A stretch of DNA of 64,000 nucleotides from an uncultured virus (IMG/VR IMGVR_UViG_3300031707_000002) (lineage: Duplodnaviria > Heunggongvirae > Uroviricota > Caudoviricetes): the IMG/VR virus record IMGVR_UViG_3300031707_000002; one strand, written 5' to 3'. Positions 47,298 to 57,725 of the stretch are shown here, in pieces (the stretch's first letter is position 1; each line of letters opens with the position of its first letter). A program made the translations under genes and the position numbers. The notes under the pieces are model-generated. The model saw nothing but the letters and a program-made list of their open reading frames with translations. It had not been told where the DNA came from and did no database searches.

Positions 47298-49154
47298 CTA
47301 AGAAAATCTGGCACCGGACGAGTAAAGGCAAAAGTCCACGGTCAGGAATTCTGCCGTTGGGGTAGGCTTCAAAAGAATCTTCCCGTACATCTCTGAACGA
47401 TCCTTGGCAATGTCAGTATTTGTGGTTTTATCACAAATCACCTTCACATCATCAAGACCACGACCGTTCTTTACTTCCTCAACATAAGGAGTAACAAGAG
47501 CTATGAAGGTAATCCAAGTCAATTCATCATCCGGCTCAAACACCAGATACTTGACTGAAGTTGAAATAACCTTCTCCAAGTACAGAAGCATACGACGCAC
47601 ATTAACCCTATCCAACTTGGTAGGACGATTCTGCAATGTCCTCTGACCCCATACAACAAATCCAGCAGACGGGTCAGGAAGAATTGTGTTGACATTTACC
47701 TTACGGTCATACAGAGCATCCACGTCTGCATCTGTAGGCGTAAACTGCAACCCAAGCGGCTGAGGATTCAACACACCACGATTCAAACCAGCAGGAGCAA
47801 ACCAAGCTGCTGCCACTTGATCATTATAAGCATATCGTTGAGCCACAAACCCGGAAGGAGGAAGAATCACATTCACATTATTATACGGATCATCACTGAT
47901 AATCCAAGGCCAATAAAGCGCACCATAAGAAGTATCTTTTGCAGGTCCGTTATTCCCCTTTCTCCATGAAATAACCTGCTGACGGTTATACCCCATCGGA
48001 GGATCAACAAGATAGAAACAGTCACGCCGAACATTCCGACACATATCTTCCATTGCATCAATAATTGACTTATAACCAGAGACAGAGACATGAATACCAT
48101 CAATCTGTACACCCGGAACCGCAACAACATTCAGATCGAGAATCTTGCTGTTTGCCATTGCGTAAACACCTGTCTGACTCGCAAGAGTTCCTGCATAGTC
48201 AATAGCATCAAGATCAGCACCATCATCACCAAGAGCAAATGAATAATTATTATCAACAAGAGTGTAAGTGTTGTTAAGAACTTCTACAACAATATTTTGG
48301 GAAATTGGATCACCACGACGGCCTTCATTGATAACTTTCACAATATAGTTATCACTTGAAGCAATAAGACTCAACCCAGAATACTGTTCAATATCAGCAA
48401 AGGCATTTGAAAGCACATCCCAACCCTGAACAGCAAGGTCAAAGTCATCACAAGGCCCACTACCCGGAGTTACCACATTACGAATCTGAATTCGTATACC
48501 ACCACTCGCAACAGTATTTGCCCAAGTACCCGGAGAAGTTGCTGATATTCTTAAAATCTTATTCACCCCACTATCTGTAACCACTGCTTGAGCAATACCC
48601 GATTCCGAATAGCTACACAAAACATTATTTGAGGCAGAATCAGGGGCATAAGCAAACGTCACATCATACGCACCTGTCTGATAATCAATACTTCCAATAT
48701 CATTACCATCCTCGATCACCCTTCCCAAACCATTATCATAAGCATGATGAGGGGTAGGGGTGTGTACAGCATTCGGATAAGAGAAGTCAATAGTATTTGG
48801 AGTCAACGGATGATTTACTAAAGTACCACTATAATGAACCTGAACACCAGTACCCGAACCAATAACCTCGTTCGGAACTTTCAGGTTAATAACACGAACA
48901 AACACACCCTGATTTCCGATCTTGAGATACTGCTCCATCGAATACCAAGAACGATCCTTCCAAGCAGGATTAGGATACCCAAGCTGGTTCACAAGCTCGG
49001 TAGGATTTGCAATCTTGATCCTGTCATTAACCTTTCCCTTTTCAGCCCGCCCAACCACACCAAAAATAGTGGAAGACAGACGCTCCGCATACTGCGAAAA
49101 ATCAAACTCACGAAACGCTACACCGGGACTGAGCAAAGGATAAGTATTTCCCAT
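47298..49154 (-). CDS. tail sheath protein (T4 gp18-like)
   Basis: LSPGV..REFD, YGALYWPW, PPSG, WFAPAG..RG, VWGQRTL, RVNVRR, KPTPTAEF. Confidence 0.95.
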   Translation of the reverse strand: MGNTYPLLSPGVAFREFDFSQYAERLSSTIFGVVGRAEKGKVNDRIKIANPTELVNQLGYPNPAWKDRSWYSMEQYLKIGNQGVFVRVINLKVPNEVIGSGTGVQVHYSGTLVNHPLTPNTIDFSYPNAVHTPTPHHAYDNGLGRVIEDGNDIGSIDYQTGAYDVTFAYAPDSASNNVLCSYSESGIAQAVVTDSGVNKILRISATSPGTWANTVASGGIRIQIRNVVTPGSGPCDDFDLAVQGWDVLSNAFADIEQYSGLSLIASSDNYIVKVINEGRRGDPISQNIVVEVLNNTYTLVDNNYSFALGDDGADLDAIDYAGTLASQTGVYAMANSKILDLNVVAVPGVQIDGIHVSVSGYKSIIDAMEDMCRNVRRDCFYLVDPPMGYNRQQVISWRKGNNGPAKDTSYGALYWPWIISDDPYNNVNVILPPSGFVAQRYAYNDQVAAAWFAPAGLNRGVLNPQPLGLQFTPTDADVDALYDRKVNVNTILPDPSAGFVVWGQRTLQNRPTKLDRVNVRRMLLYLEKVISTSVKYLVFEPDDELTWITFIALVTPYVEEVKNGRGLDDVKVICDKTTNTDIAKDRSEMYGKILLKPTPTAEFLTVDFCLYSSGARFS

Positions 49155-49171
49155 AACCAAAACCTCCAAAA

Positions 49172-49393
49172 TTATAAGGTTGATCTGTTCTTTTTCTTCT
49201 TTTGTCCAGAAACAGTAGGCTCAACTATGTCTGAGTCAAAAACCGAACTCACAACATCTGTTTTTTCCTCCTTTTCGACAATCAACTCAGACTGAGTGTG
49301 CTGTGTTTCTTTTATTTGTTCACCAGTATGGTGATGATTGCTTGGATCATCATAATGAATCAACCTACCATTTACCAAAATTGATTTCAGCAT
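49172..49393 (-). CDS. hypothetical protein
   Basis: 73 aa with GAGGTG SD. Confidence 0.55.
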   Translation of the reverse strand: MLKSILVNGRLIHYDDPSNHHHTGEQIKETQHTQSELIVEKEEKTDVVSSVFDSDIVEPTVSGQKKKKNRSTL

Positions 49394-49401
49394 ACTTCAC
49401 C

Positions 49402-50874
49402 TCACACGGAGTAGGTCATCCTTCTTATTGCAAAAGAACTAAAGTCAAGCTGCATATTGGAGTTTATCTTAACACCGATAGCTAAGTCTGTTGGTGAATT
49501 AACAAAATCTCGTGAAAAATGTAAAGAATTTCTTGAGGCTGGCATAATCCACGACTGAATAACAGCAGAAGACACATTCAATACCTGCAAAACCCAAGTA
49601 TCTTCACAGGTAAAATCACCTTCAAGTCTATACGTCTCTACCCACGCCGGAAAAGTATGTGACTGTATATAGTCAACCAAAGGATTCCCAGGTGTGAAAC
49701 TCATTGCTGCACTTTGGTCATTTCCAACAAACACAGCACTACCACTCTTGTTTACTAAATGAAAAACTTCAGGTGGAGTACAGTTGTAATCAAAGAAATT
49801 CACCTGTTCATAAAGCTGCCCACAGACATCTATTTCCTGTTTAATAACAGTAGCAACTATACCACAATTAGAACCCGTAGGTTTTACTACGTGTATACCA
49901 TCAGAAATAATCACAAAATCAGATACAGAAATACTTATCGTGGATGGAGGAGGAGTAACCCCCTTAGATACCTGAAGATTCTCAGAAACACTAACACCGT
50001 CCGAAATATCACACCCCAAACTCATGCCAACTTCTGCAATATTTGACCAACCAGACTCCAATAAAGAAGAGATTATTTGGGCTTTTACTCTGTAGTAGTA
50101 AACCCCTACAGACGGAACCATGTCAAGAAAGGTCAACAAAGGTCCAGTATAAACATCAATTGACGTACCAAACAAAGGATCGTCTGATCTTTGAAGCACG
50201 TACTGATCTGACCCTAAAGAAACACCCCAATCAACCTGAATACCAAGAGGGGACACCTGCACGGCAGTCAATCCCACAGGTATAGGAACCGAATAATCCT
50301 CTGTGTAAATCGAAGGTGGAGATGCTGCGTTTGAATAAGCAACAGACAAACCAAGACTAACAAAATTTGTCAAAGAATTAAGACGAGTAGAGTCCCAATC
50401 CAAAACTGTAACTACAGGAGAATCTACTTTAACATCAATATACCTCAATAACTTCAAAGACTTTGGCAATGAATTTGACAACACAAGAACCCGAACTGCA
50501 TCAAACTCGTTCAAGTAAACACTAACACTACCTACATTAAGATACAAAACCCTTGTAAAGTGGACTATAGAATCAGACCCTATATTTGGCTCAATCTCAA
50601 ATAATATCAAAACCTTATTTACATTAACACACCATACCCAAAAACGATCACTGTAAAATGTCCCATTACTTTGTAAAGCAGGTGAAACAGTAAAATTAAG
50701 TAGGGAAAATCTAAGAGACGAAACATAATCTGTGTAATACTCTTTTATCAGCAGCTTCCCGTAAGACTGCATGACAGTCCACAGAGATCCCTTAACAGAG
50801 ATCCCTTGAGGTATGGACTCAGTGCCATACCCATTTACAAAAAGTTCTTGCTTATCGGTTACAGGTAGCGACAT
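49402..50874 (-). CDS. virion protein with a fibronectin type III domain
   Basis: PVGLTA..IQVDW..YVLQRS..D..YYYRVKA..ESGWSN. Confidence 0.7.
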   Translation of the reverse strand: MSLPVTDKQELFVNGYGTESIPQGISVKGSLWTVMQSYGKLLIKEYYTDYVSSLRFSLLNFTVSPALQSNGTFYSDRFWVWCVNVNKVLILFEIEPNIGSDSIVHFTRVLYLNVGSVSVYLNEFDAVRVLVLSNSLPKSLKLLRYIDVKVDSPVVTVLDWDSTRLNSLTNFVSLGLSVAYSNAASPPSIYTEDYSVPIPVGLTAVQVSPLGIQVDWGVSLGSDQYVLQRSDDPLFGTSIDVYTGPLLTFLDMVPSVGVYYYRVKAQIISSLLESGWSNIAEVGMSLGCDISDGVSVSENLQVSKGVTPPPSTISISVSDFVIISDGIHVVKPTGSNCGIVATVIKQEIDVCGQLYEQVNFFDYNCTPPEVFHLVNKSGSAVFVGNDQSAAMSFTPGNPLVDYIQSHTFPAWVETYRLEGDFTCEDTWVLQVLNVSSAVIQSWIMPASRNSLHFSRDFVNSPTDLAIGVKINSNMQLDFSSFAIRRMTYSV

Positions 50875-50876
50875 AT

Positions 50877-51086
50877 TCAGAACTGACCCATCCTGAGTTT
50901 TACAATATACTCAATACCAAGATTTTCACATATACCATCATCCAAAGCCTCTGATACCTTGAGAAGATTGGTCAGTGCAGTAAATGTATCTTCCTTCACA
51001 ATAGGATCTTTCAATACCTGAACTTTAAGCTGTGCAGTCAGATACTCTTGACGTGCAATCAAAGAAACAATGTCTTCCGTGGTCAT
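50877..51086 (-). CDS. hypothetical protein
   Basis: Start placed at MTTEDIV (AGGAG SD). Confidence 0.5.
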   Translation of the reverse strand: MTTEDIVSLIARQEYLTAQLKVQVLKDPIVKEDTFTALTNLLKVSEALDDGICENLGIEYIVKLRMGQF

Positions 51087-51094
51087 AGTATCTC

Positions 51095-54000
51095 CTAAGC
51101 AAAAAGTGAATAAGTATAAGTTAAAGTCAAGTTCTTGTTTGCGTCCGCTGCTGCAAAGATAAATACTCCGTTGGAACCGAAAGAATATTCGCCAGTTCCC
51201 GGTGTAATGACGGCAATACGCCATACGGGTCCAAAAGCGTATCCTCCGTTCTTGAAATCTATTGGGGTATGTGCCATTGCGTCTGCATAAGTCGCAGCTA
51301 ACTTAATATGTGTAGTATCTACATTGATTGCATAATAAATACCGCCATCGACTAACGGAGTAGGAAACATGAAATACGGTCGATTAGTTTCTGAATGGTA
51401 CAACTTCACAGGTGTACCGTCAGCGATATTCAAACCACACGCTATCGTATCGTTAGGTAAATCAGACACGGACCACGTTGATGTGATTGTCGGGGTATAA
51501 GAAGTATATGCCGTTACACCCTCCATAACTTTCACAACCATCGGGTCGGGGTCAGTAGCTCGAAAATCTGGATCGGTAGTCTCCGTTACGTGCTTGACAT
51601 AGGGAGTCGCGGCAGGAATCTGAAATGCAATAGCATTTGCAACATCTACAGGAACATGGTAATTCTTAGCTGCAACACTCATTGTTTGCAGATTATCCTT
51701 GATCTTATTGGGACCGTGAACCCAAGTGAACCTATCGCCCAAAACGAACTGTTGATCCCACGGCTTGCCCGTTGCGTTGTTGAATGCAACACTTACACCC
51801 TGAAGAAGTGCAGTCGTACCTGTCTTTGGAATCGGACGGTCGCCAGTATTGTCCTTAATCCAAGCAGAACCGCTCCACCCAAACGGTGTTGGATAGCCGA
51901 GTTCTGCATTATAGTGCATCGAGTTAAAGTGAGCAATAGGGACGATAACTCCGTTTCCAAGGTCTACAGTGTTGCGGAATGCGTGTGCCCACCAGTTAGT
52001 CGTACCCCCATAAGGCCAACCCATGTATTGATATGCCTGAGACCAACTGGAAAAAGATGCGTCTATTATTAACGATCTATGTGATCCTCCTATAACATAA
52101 GTTTGCCCATAAAACGTACCGCCTCCACCACTATGTCGAACAAGGAATTTGAATATTTTATCAGATAACTGAACTACATATCCTTCGTAATAAGCAGTAA
52201 CACCTTCTAAATACCAAGCATCCTCTGTGGTTATATTTCCAGTACCAACTCCAGTAACTACAACAGTGTATCTATTAAGGTTATGTGCTGAAACATCGAC
52301 AATTTCATTTGTACCTTTTCGCAGACAAGTTCCTCTTGCTGAACCATCGTAGGCTCCACCAAAAGAGCACCATCCTATACTATTCCCGTCGTGAACTTCA
52401 TCTTGCAGCACCCAAGCCTTCTCGCCATCCGTAAAATATTGATCCCCGGCACGAAGTTGACAACCTCCACGTATAACACGGCCATTGTACGCTTCCAACT
52501 GACCTGTAGCAATATGCGCTCTTCCAGCGGACATCCCTTCCAATTTCTCACCCACACCAGTAATGTACTGAGTTGCCGTAGACGCACCAAGATCAATCTT
52601 ACTCAGACCTGTTGTATGACCAGACCATAGATACCCTGAAATTGGGTCATACGCTAAATCATAAATTGGATTAGATAAGATATTAGTAATTGTCAAGAGT
52701 GACGGTGCAACAGTGGGAGTAAGGGTATTATACAGGTACAACCCGTCTGATGTCGCTATGTAGACATTAGTACCAACCTTGACCATCCGATATGCTTTTG
52801 TTCCCGTAGTACCAAACTTACACAACGCCTCAGAAGTCTCAATGGTCCAGAAACGCCAACGGCACACGTTCTGCAATTCCGTGGATCGGCTCTTCTGAAT
52901 AGAATAGATAAAGTCCCCTACCTGAACTTGATCCTCTATCATGTTGTCTGTTCTCGCCGTCGCTTGATCCTCGGCTATGCTCTCCTGATTATCATGGGCT
53001 TGCATCTTGCCATCGACGTCTACGCCCATAGACAACTGCCATACCGGATAACCTCTCCATGAACCTGCACTATATATGTAAGACCACGGCTCAAGTTCAA
53101 GAGAGAATCGTCCCGTGTTCCATCTAATAACTGTATGTATACCAGTACCAACATCATTAAGTGTAATTGGAGTACCGCCTTGAACAGACGACACTTTCAT
53201 GCTTGTTCCGCTCTTATAAACAATGTGATAGCTAGTATCAGGGAGCAACGGATCAGGAAGAGTAATTGTGGAAGTGAACCGAACAAGTTCATCCACTAAA
53301 TGCCCTTGACTACTATCTGTAACAATAGTATCCGTAGGAGGACCAGATACAGTGAATGTATCATCAATAATATCTGAAGCATCCCCTGTTTTTGTAATCC
53401 GCACACGCCCGATAATAGGATGTTTATTGGTAGGTGTTCCAGATAAAGCAATCGTCCCTTGAGACGACGGTGTGTGACCGGGATCACTAAAAATCTGGTC
53501 CATATAACCAGAAGGATGTGCAAATACACGAGATATAGCGGGTCCAAAATCAGAAGGGGTAGAATATCCAATAGTAACAGCTATATCTTGAGGATTGCTA
53601 CCGCGCATCGGAAAGCCAAAAACGAAAACACCCATTGGACCAACCAACTCGGTAGTAGCATAGTCCCTTACCCATTTATGACCATAACAAGGACCAGACC
53701 ACTGAATGCTGGCTGCTATATCTAATTCCCAAATATGCCTCATCACATTATTCAGCGTGGTTGGTGGATTAAACGGGCTTATCCCTTGGACATTACTATT
53801 AAGTCCAAAAACTTGGTGCGCATAATACATCAAATTCTGTGTAATCTTACGTTGGATATAGTGATTGTTAGGTGAATTGTACCCTCCAGCGGTAAAACTA
53901 TAAAAGATCGTATACTTGACGAATAGATATTGATTGATCTGCTGCGTGATAGGTACTGACAACTCAATAAAAGAGGCATAATCATAAGGATAATCTGAAC

Positions 54001-54361
54001 CAGCATAAAAATTCGATCCTATAACTCTGATAGTGCGAGGAGCACCCGGAGGGGCAAACAAATACTGTACATAAGCACTATTCAAGATAGGGTCAGTTAT
54101 TAGGCTAAGAGATGTTGACCTTCCACTCGATAGAGTAGTGATGCGCTGCCAAGGAGAATATCTTTGGCGAAAGTCCTCTGCTGGAACTGTAGATCCCGAC
54201 AGCGTTATCTCTCTTGAAAAACCACTAAACAGACCAGTACCTTCCCAACATCCAAACACCAATGGCATCTGATCCGTTGAAGTATTCCACTGTGACCCTT
54301 CAGACACAACTTTGTCATTCTCGATCAATTTCCATTCATACAGACCTTTGTTCTTGAACAT
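51095..54361 (-). CDS. large virion/tail protein with propeller-like and repeated beta modules
   Basis: 1088 aa; YIATSDGL / LWSGHTTGL propeller blades; two 'V.F...LP.PL....Y' modules. Confidence 0.65.
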   Translation of the reverse strand: MFKNKGLYEWKLIENDKVVSEGSQWNTSTDQMPLVFGCWEGTGLFSGFSREITLSGSTVPAEDFRQRYSPWQRITTLSSGRSTSLSLITDPILNSAYVQYLFAPPGAPRTIRVIGSNFYAGSDYPYDYASFIELSVPITQQINQYLFVKYTIFYSFTAGGYNSPNNHYIQRKITQNLMYYAHQVFGLNSNVQGISPFNPPTTLNNVMRHIWELDIAASIQWSGPCYGHKWVRDYATTELVGPMGVFVFGFPMRGSNPQDIAVTIGYSTPSDFGPAISRVFAHPSGYMDQIFSDPGHTPSSQGTIALSGTPTNKHPIIGRVRITKTGDASDIIDDTFTVSGPPTDTIVTDSSQGHLVDELVRFTSTITLPDPLLPDTSYHIVYKSGTSMKVSSVQGGTPITLNDVGTGIHTVIRWNTGRFSLELEPWSYIYSAGSWRGYPVWQLSMGVDVDGKMQAHDNQESIAEDQATARTDNMIEDQVQVGDFIYSIQKSRSTELQNVCRWRFWTIETSEALCKFGTTGTKAYRMVKVGTNVYIATSDGLYLYNTLTPTVAPSLLTITNILSNPIYDLAYDPISGYLWSGHTTGLSKIDLGASTATQYITGVGEKLEGMSAGRAHIATGQLEAYNGRVIRGGCQLRAGDQYFTDGEKAWVLQDEVHDGNSIGWCSFGGAYDGSARGTCLRKGTNEIVDVSAHNLNRYTVVVTGVGTGNITTEDAWYLEGVTAYYEGYVVQLSDKIFKFLVRHSGGGGTFYGQTYVIGGSHRSLIIDASFSSWSQAYQYMGWPYGGTTNWWAHAFRNTVDLGNGVIVPIAHFNSMHYNAELGYPTPFGWSGSAWIKDNTGDRPIPKTGTTALLQGVSVAFNNATGKPWDQQFVLGDRFTWVHGPNKIKDNLQTMSVAAKNYHVPVDVANAIAFQIPAATPYVKHVTETTDPDFRATDPDPMVVKVMEGVTAYTSYTPTITSTWSVSDLPNDTIACGLNIADGTPVKLYHSETNRPYFMFPTPLVDGGIYYAINVDTTHIKLAATYADAMAHTPIDFKNGGYAFGPVWRIAVITPGTGEYSFGSNGVFIFAAADANKNLTLTYTYSLFA

Positions 54362-54371
54362 GACAAGCTCC

Positions 54372-56123
54372 TTACGATATATTTACAGTAGTCATAATAG
54401 CACTATACCCAGCGCCTACCTGAAATGCAGGAATAATATCTTGCTCAAAATCCCTGGACTCTTCGTATTCAAAAGTTTTTGTTATCTGTCCAAAAGATCC
54501 TGTCCCTACTTCAAATAAAACAGCATCTTGTTCAAAATCCCTGGACTCTTCGTACTCGAAGGTCTTGATTATTTGCCCTAACTTCGCACTTGAAGCCTCA
54601 AAATTAACTGGCTCAGTAAGTATCTGTATATTCTCAGTATTCCCGATAGTCTCTTGATACTCAAAAGGATCAAATATCAAAACCTGTTTGTAATTGGCAG
54701 GCGGGGTAAAGTATTCTCCACCCATCAAAGACGAGAAACATCTTACCCTGAGATACTTTAGACCAAGAGTTCCTGTCCATTTATGCCATCTATCATAAGT
54801 GTCATTGTCACTTATAACAACAGAATCTTCAACTACAAAATTACCACCACTTAAATGACCTATCTCTATGGTGTAGGGATAATGAAGATACTGAAGATAA
54901 CTACCCGTCAAATAAGGAATGTAGATGTAAGGATTAAATACTGGCAAACCACCTAATGAAATTACTTCTATAGTCGAAATATTGTCTGAAACCAAAATCT
55001 GTAAATATAAAGATAATATAGATTCGCTTAATAACTCACTTACAGAAATATTGTCTGAAACCAAAATCTGTAAATATAAAGATAATATAGATTCGCTTAA
55101 TAACTCACTTACAGAAATATTGTCTGAAATGTTAATAGATAAGTCTGAAGAAACTACTTCCTCAGATCCAGAGGAAGAGAACGTAGCAGGATCATTTTGG
55201 TTGGCGTACTCGGTGGCTATCCAATTCGCATTTAATAAGCTAGAATTTATTCTAGCTTCGTCGATATATCCACTAAATGTTTGAGGGTATCCTGGAGCTT
55301 TACCAATCAAAAGATCATAGACATTGGATACAGGAATCACTGTCTCAGTCATAGTCTCTCTAGCGATACCATCTACGTATAGTCTCATGGTACTTGAGTC
55401 CCAAGTACCTACTACATAATGCCAGTTACCGTCTCCTATATTATTGGCTCCAACCAAGAAATCGTAGCCACTAGCATTTGCTAATTCAAGATTAAGATTA
55501 CCTATTGCATCAAAGGTGTAACCATTGCGATCTATCCCGTAGTTACCCTTTCCAAAAATTACACTATGATGACCTGCCTGTGTACCTTTGACCCAGGCAC
55601 TAAGACTACCTACAGTAGTTAAATTCAGATTGGCATGAGTTCCGACCTGTAAATAATCAAGGTTACTATCGTTGAACACATAAGCATTGCCTATCTTGCC
55701 AGTAGCGGGTGCTGGAGAGCCTGAAGCAATAGAAGCATCACAACCATTTCCTGAAGAGTCCGTAAGACCGTTAAGATGATATGCTGCCTCAGTATGAACA
55801 TCTGACCACACCGCCGTACTATTAGCTACAGTCGGTCCACCGTACTGACACCAGATCTCTTTATTCACAGACGTACCGAGTGAAGGTATCTGTACCCATG
55901 CCTCCACCTTACTCGTACCTGCTGAATATAGTACAACCTCACGTTTGAGTTCGGTCACACCATTGGTATCAAAGAATCTAATATCAAGACCTGTTACGGT
56001 ATCGGTCACATGCGTCCAGAATCCAGCAGGGATAGAGGAGCAAAGTTCAGAGAACAAATACACAAAATTTGTATTTGTACCAGTGACTTTGGTTTTATCT
56101 ATTGTGATCTTGAACTTGTACAT
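54372..56123 (-). CDS. DUF2341 + LamG (concanavalin-like) virion protein
   Basis: ITIDKTKV..DIRF..WVQIP; DGNWHYVVGTW..LYVDG..GYIDEARI..WIATEYANQ. Confidence 0.8.
   Translation of the reverse strand: MYKFKITIDKTKVTGTNTNFVYLFSELCSSIPAGFWTHVTDTVTGLDIRFFDTNGVTELKREVVLYSAGTSKVEAWVQIPSLGTSVNKEIWCQYGGPTVANSTAVWSDVHTEAAYHLNGLTDSSGNGCDASIASGSPAPATGKIGNAYVFNDSNLDYLQVGTHANLNLTTVGSLSAWVKGTQAGHHSVIFGKGNYGIDRNGYTFDAIGNLNLELANASGYDFLVGANNIGDGNWHYVVGTWDSSTMRLYVDGIARETMTETVIPVSNVYDLLIGKAPGYPQTFSGYIDEARINSSLLNANWIATEYANQNDPATFSSSGSEEVVSSDLSINISDNISVSELLSESILSLYLQILVSDNISVSELLSESILSLYLQILVSDNISTIEVISLGGLPVFNPYIYIPYLTGSYLQYLHYPYTIEIGHLSGGNFVVEDSVVISDNDTYDRWHKWTGTLGLKYLRVRCFSSLMGGEYFTPPANYKQVLIFDPFEYQETIGNTENIQILTEPVNFEASSAKLGQIIKTFEYEESRDFEQDAVLFEVGTGSFGQITKTFEYEESRDFEQDIIPAFQVGAGYSAIMTTVNIS
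54976..55129. repeat. 69-bp perfect tandem repeat (about 2.2 copies; 23-aa unit)
   Basis: Units start at 54976, 55045 and 55114; encodes SDNISVSELLSESILSLYLQILV. Confidence 0.9.
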
Positions 56124-56126
56124 AAA

Positions 56127-56912
56127 CTACACCTGAAAACTAAGCCCTGTAACACTTAATGGAAATAATTCAGCGTCAGATACAGTCTGGTCTGCAAAAT
56201 CCCCTGCACCGGCAATAAACTGTACAGACGTTTGAGGATCGCGGTTGAAATGAATTATGTTTGGATCTTGAATAAATGTATTAGGTATGTATCTCCAAGA
56301 CAATTCATCAGATGGGTTAAATATACGTAAATAAACTGTACTATCCTTCTTATATTGAAGATAAATCTTATCACCTATCTGATCATAAAACGCTCTTGGC
56401 TGATCACCAGTATTTACAAGATATTCTTTATCTTCCCAATACCACACAGGACCAACTAATATCTGTTTCTGAGCATATATGTAAAGCCCTGTCTTTTCAA
56501 ACTCCTCTAATCGAGTAATTGCAGTGTGCCCCACATATACAAAAGCAAGAACTATAGACGCTGCTATAGTTGTCATATCCCAGGTATCTGTAATAACAAC
56601 ATTACCTACTGAATCAACATACACAATGTCAAAAGAGTCTAGTGCAACAGAGGCAGATACAGCACCCCAAGTAATAACACTACCATTCAATGTACCACTA
56701 CCAGCCTCTACACTCACCGTAAATGGTAAAGTAAATGTCACACGGGAGTCACTTGTCCTACCAGATGTAAACTGCTTGGTATAGAAAACAAATTTCTGCC
56801 CAAATGGAGCAACTACCAAAGACGGAAAACTTGCAGGTCTCCCATCATCAGTTTCGACAGTGAGTTTAGTTGTCAGCTTGTTCATACTACAAAACCAGTG
56901 TGGGTTGAGCAC
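56127..56912 (-). CDS. hypothetical virion protein
   Basis: 261-aa beta-rich ORF (true start probably MNKL at 56885); its TAG is in frame with the DUF2341 gene. Confidence 0.65.
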   Translation of the reverse strand: MLNPHWFCSMNKLTTKLTVETDDGRPASFPSLVVAPFGQKFVFYTKQFTSGRTSDSRVTFTLPFTVSVEAGSGTLNGSVITWGAVSASVALDSFDIVYVDSVGNVVITDTWDMTTIAASIVLAFVYVGHTAITRLEEFEKTGLYIYAQKQILVGPVWYWEDKEYLVNTGDQPRAFYDQIGDKIYLQYKKDSTVYLRIFNPSDELSWRYIPNTFIQDPNIIHFNRDPQTSVQFIAGAGDFADQTVSDAELFPLSVTGLSFQV

Positions 56913-57585
56913 AGTTGATAGGAAAGAATAACCATGCCCTTGCCATCATATCCACAGTACATCTTAGTATTCTATTTGACTCAGAAGGTTCTAAATCACT
57001 ATTATCAGACATACCCTCAAGCCGTAGAGGTATTATCTTATCTCCCCACCCACTACCTATAGTGACCGTCCTAAAAAGCTCATTATGGGCATTTCCATAG
57101 TCTGCCATCTGTGAAAAAAGCCACTCCCAAATATACGCTTCTGAGAACTTCCTCTTATACCAAAAATCAAGTTGATAAGGGATATTTATTGGAAGAGGAG
57201 TTCTCGTAGATCGTGCTAATCTTCTGTCAGCACTGTATGTAAGAGCACGTATTCCTGCTCTAATAAACCGAGTCTCATCAATCGTAGGTGTCTGCCGGTA
57301 TATTGAGACAAAAGGAAGTGGTATTCTTTTCCAAGTCTCTACTGCGTTCTCATCAGTACCATCACCAATACCAGGATTATTAGGATCAAGCCAACCCTTC
57401 CTTACAAGCATCTGTTCCATCTCAGCAACAGCACGGTGCGGAGTTGAATAACACCTCAAAATACCAAAATTTCGACGCGGCGTACCTGCAATATCTCCAT
57501 AATTGACTTTTAGAGTATCAAGCCAATCATAGATCATTGAATCATAACGCCTTAGCTCGTTTCCTAAAGTTTGAGGAGACGCCAT
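56887..57585 (-). CDS. tail terminator / sheath stabiliser (T4 gp15-like)
   Basis: IPLPFVSIYR...PLPINIPYQLDFW...ARAWL; position ahead of the tail operon. Confidence 0.6.
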   Translation of the reverse strand: MASPQTLGNELRRYDSMIYDWLDTLKVNYGDIAGTPRRNFGILRCYSTPHRAVAEMEQMLVRKGWLDPNNPGIGDGTDENAVETWKRIPLPFVSIYRQTPTIDETRFIRAGIRALTYSADRRLARSTRTPLPINIPYQLDFWYKRKFSEAYIWEWLFSQMADYGNAHNELFRTVTIGSGWGDKIIPLRLEGMSDNSDLEPSESNRILRCTVDMMARAWLFFPINCAQPTLVL

Positions 57586-57591
57586 AGCAAC

Positions 57592-57679
57592 CACCACGCG
57601 AAGCTCTTTCGAGCTTTATCACCCACAAAGGAAACACTACGCGAAGCTCTTTAGAGCTTATCTGTTAGGCTTTCGCCTA
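57592..57679 (-). repeat. two direct-repeat hairpins plus a third GAAA hairpin upstream of the tail operon
   Basis: GATAA(A)GCTC-(G/T)AAA-GAGCTTCGCGT(A/G)GTG at 57662-57635 and 57620-57592; TAGGC-GAAA-GCCTA at 57679-57666. Confidence 0.75.
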
Positions 57680-57725
57680 TATTATGAAGCCATTACTGAC
57701 TTTATAGACTCACTCTTCTATCTAC

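Noticed and set aside
46156..47331. Group I intron or intein around the endonuclease
   Set aside because: The sheath and tube genes are complete on either side, and there is no room for an intron core.
32333..49154. Bacterial T6SS or extracellular contractile injection system
   Set aside because: The block includes a tape measure, neck and head-associated genes and is contiguous with phage replication genes, so it is a myophage tail.
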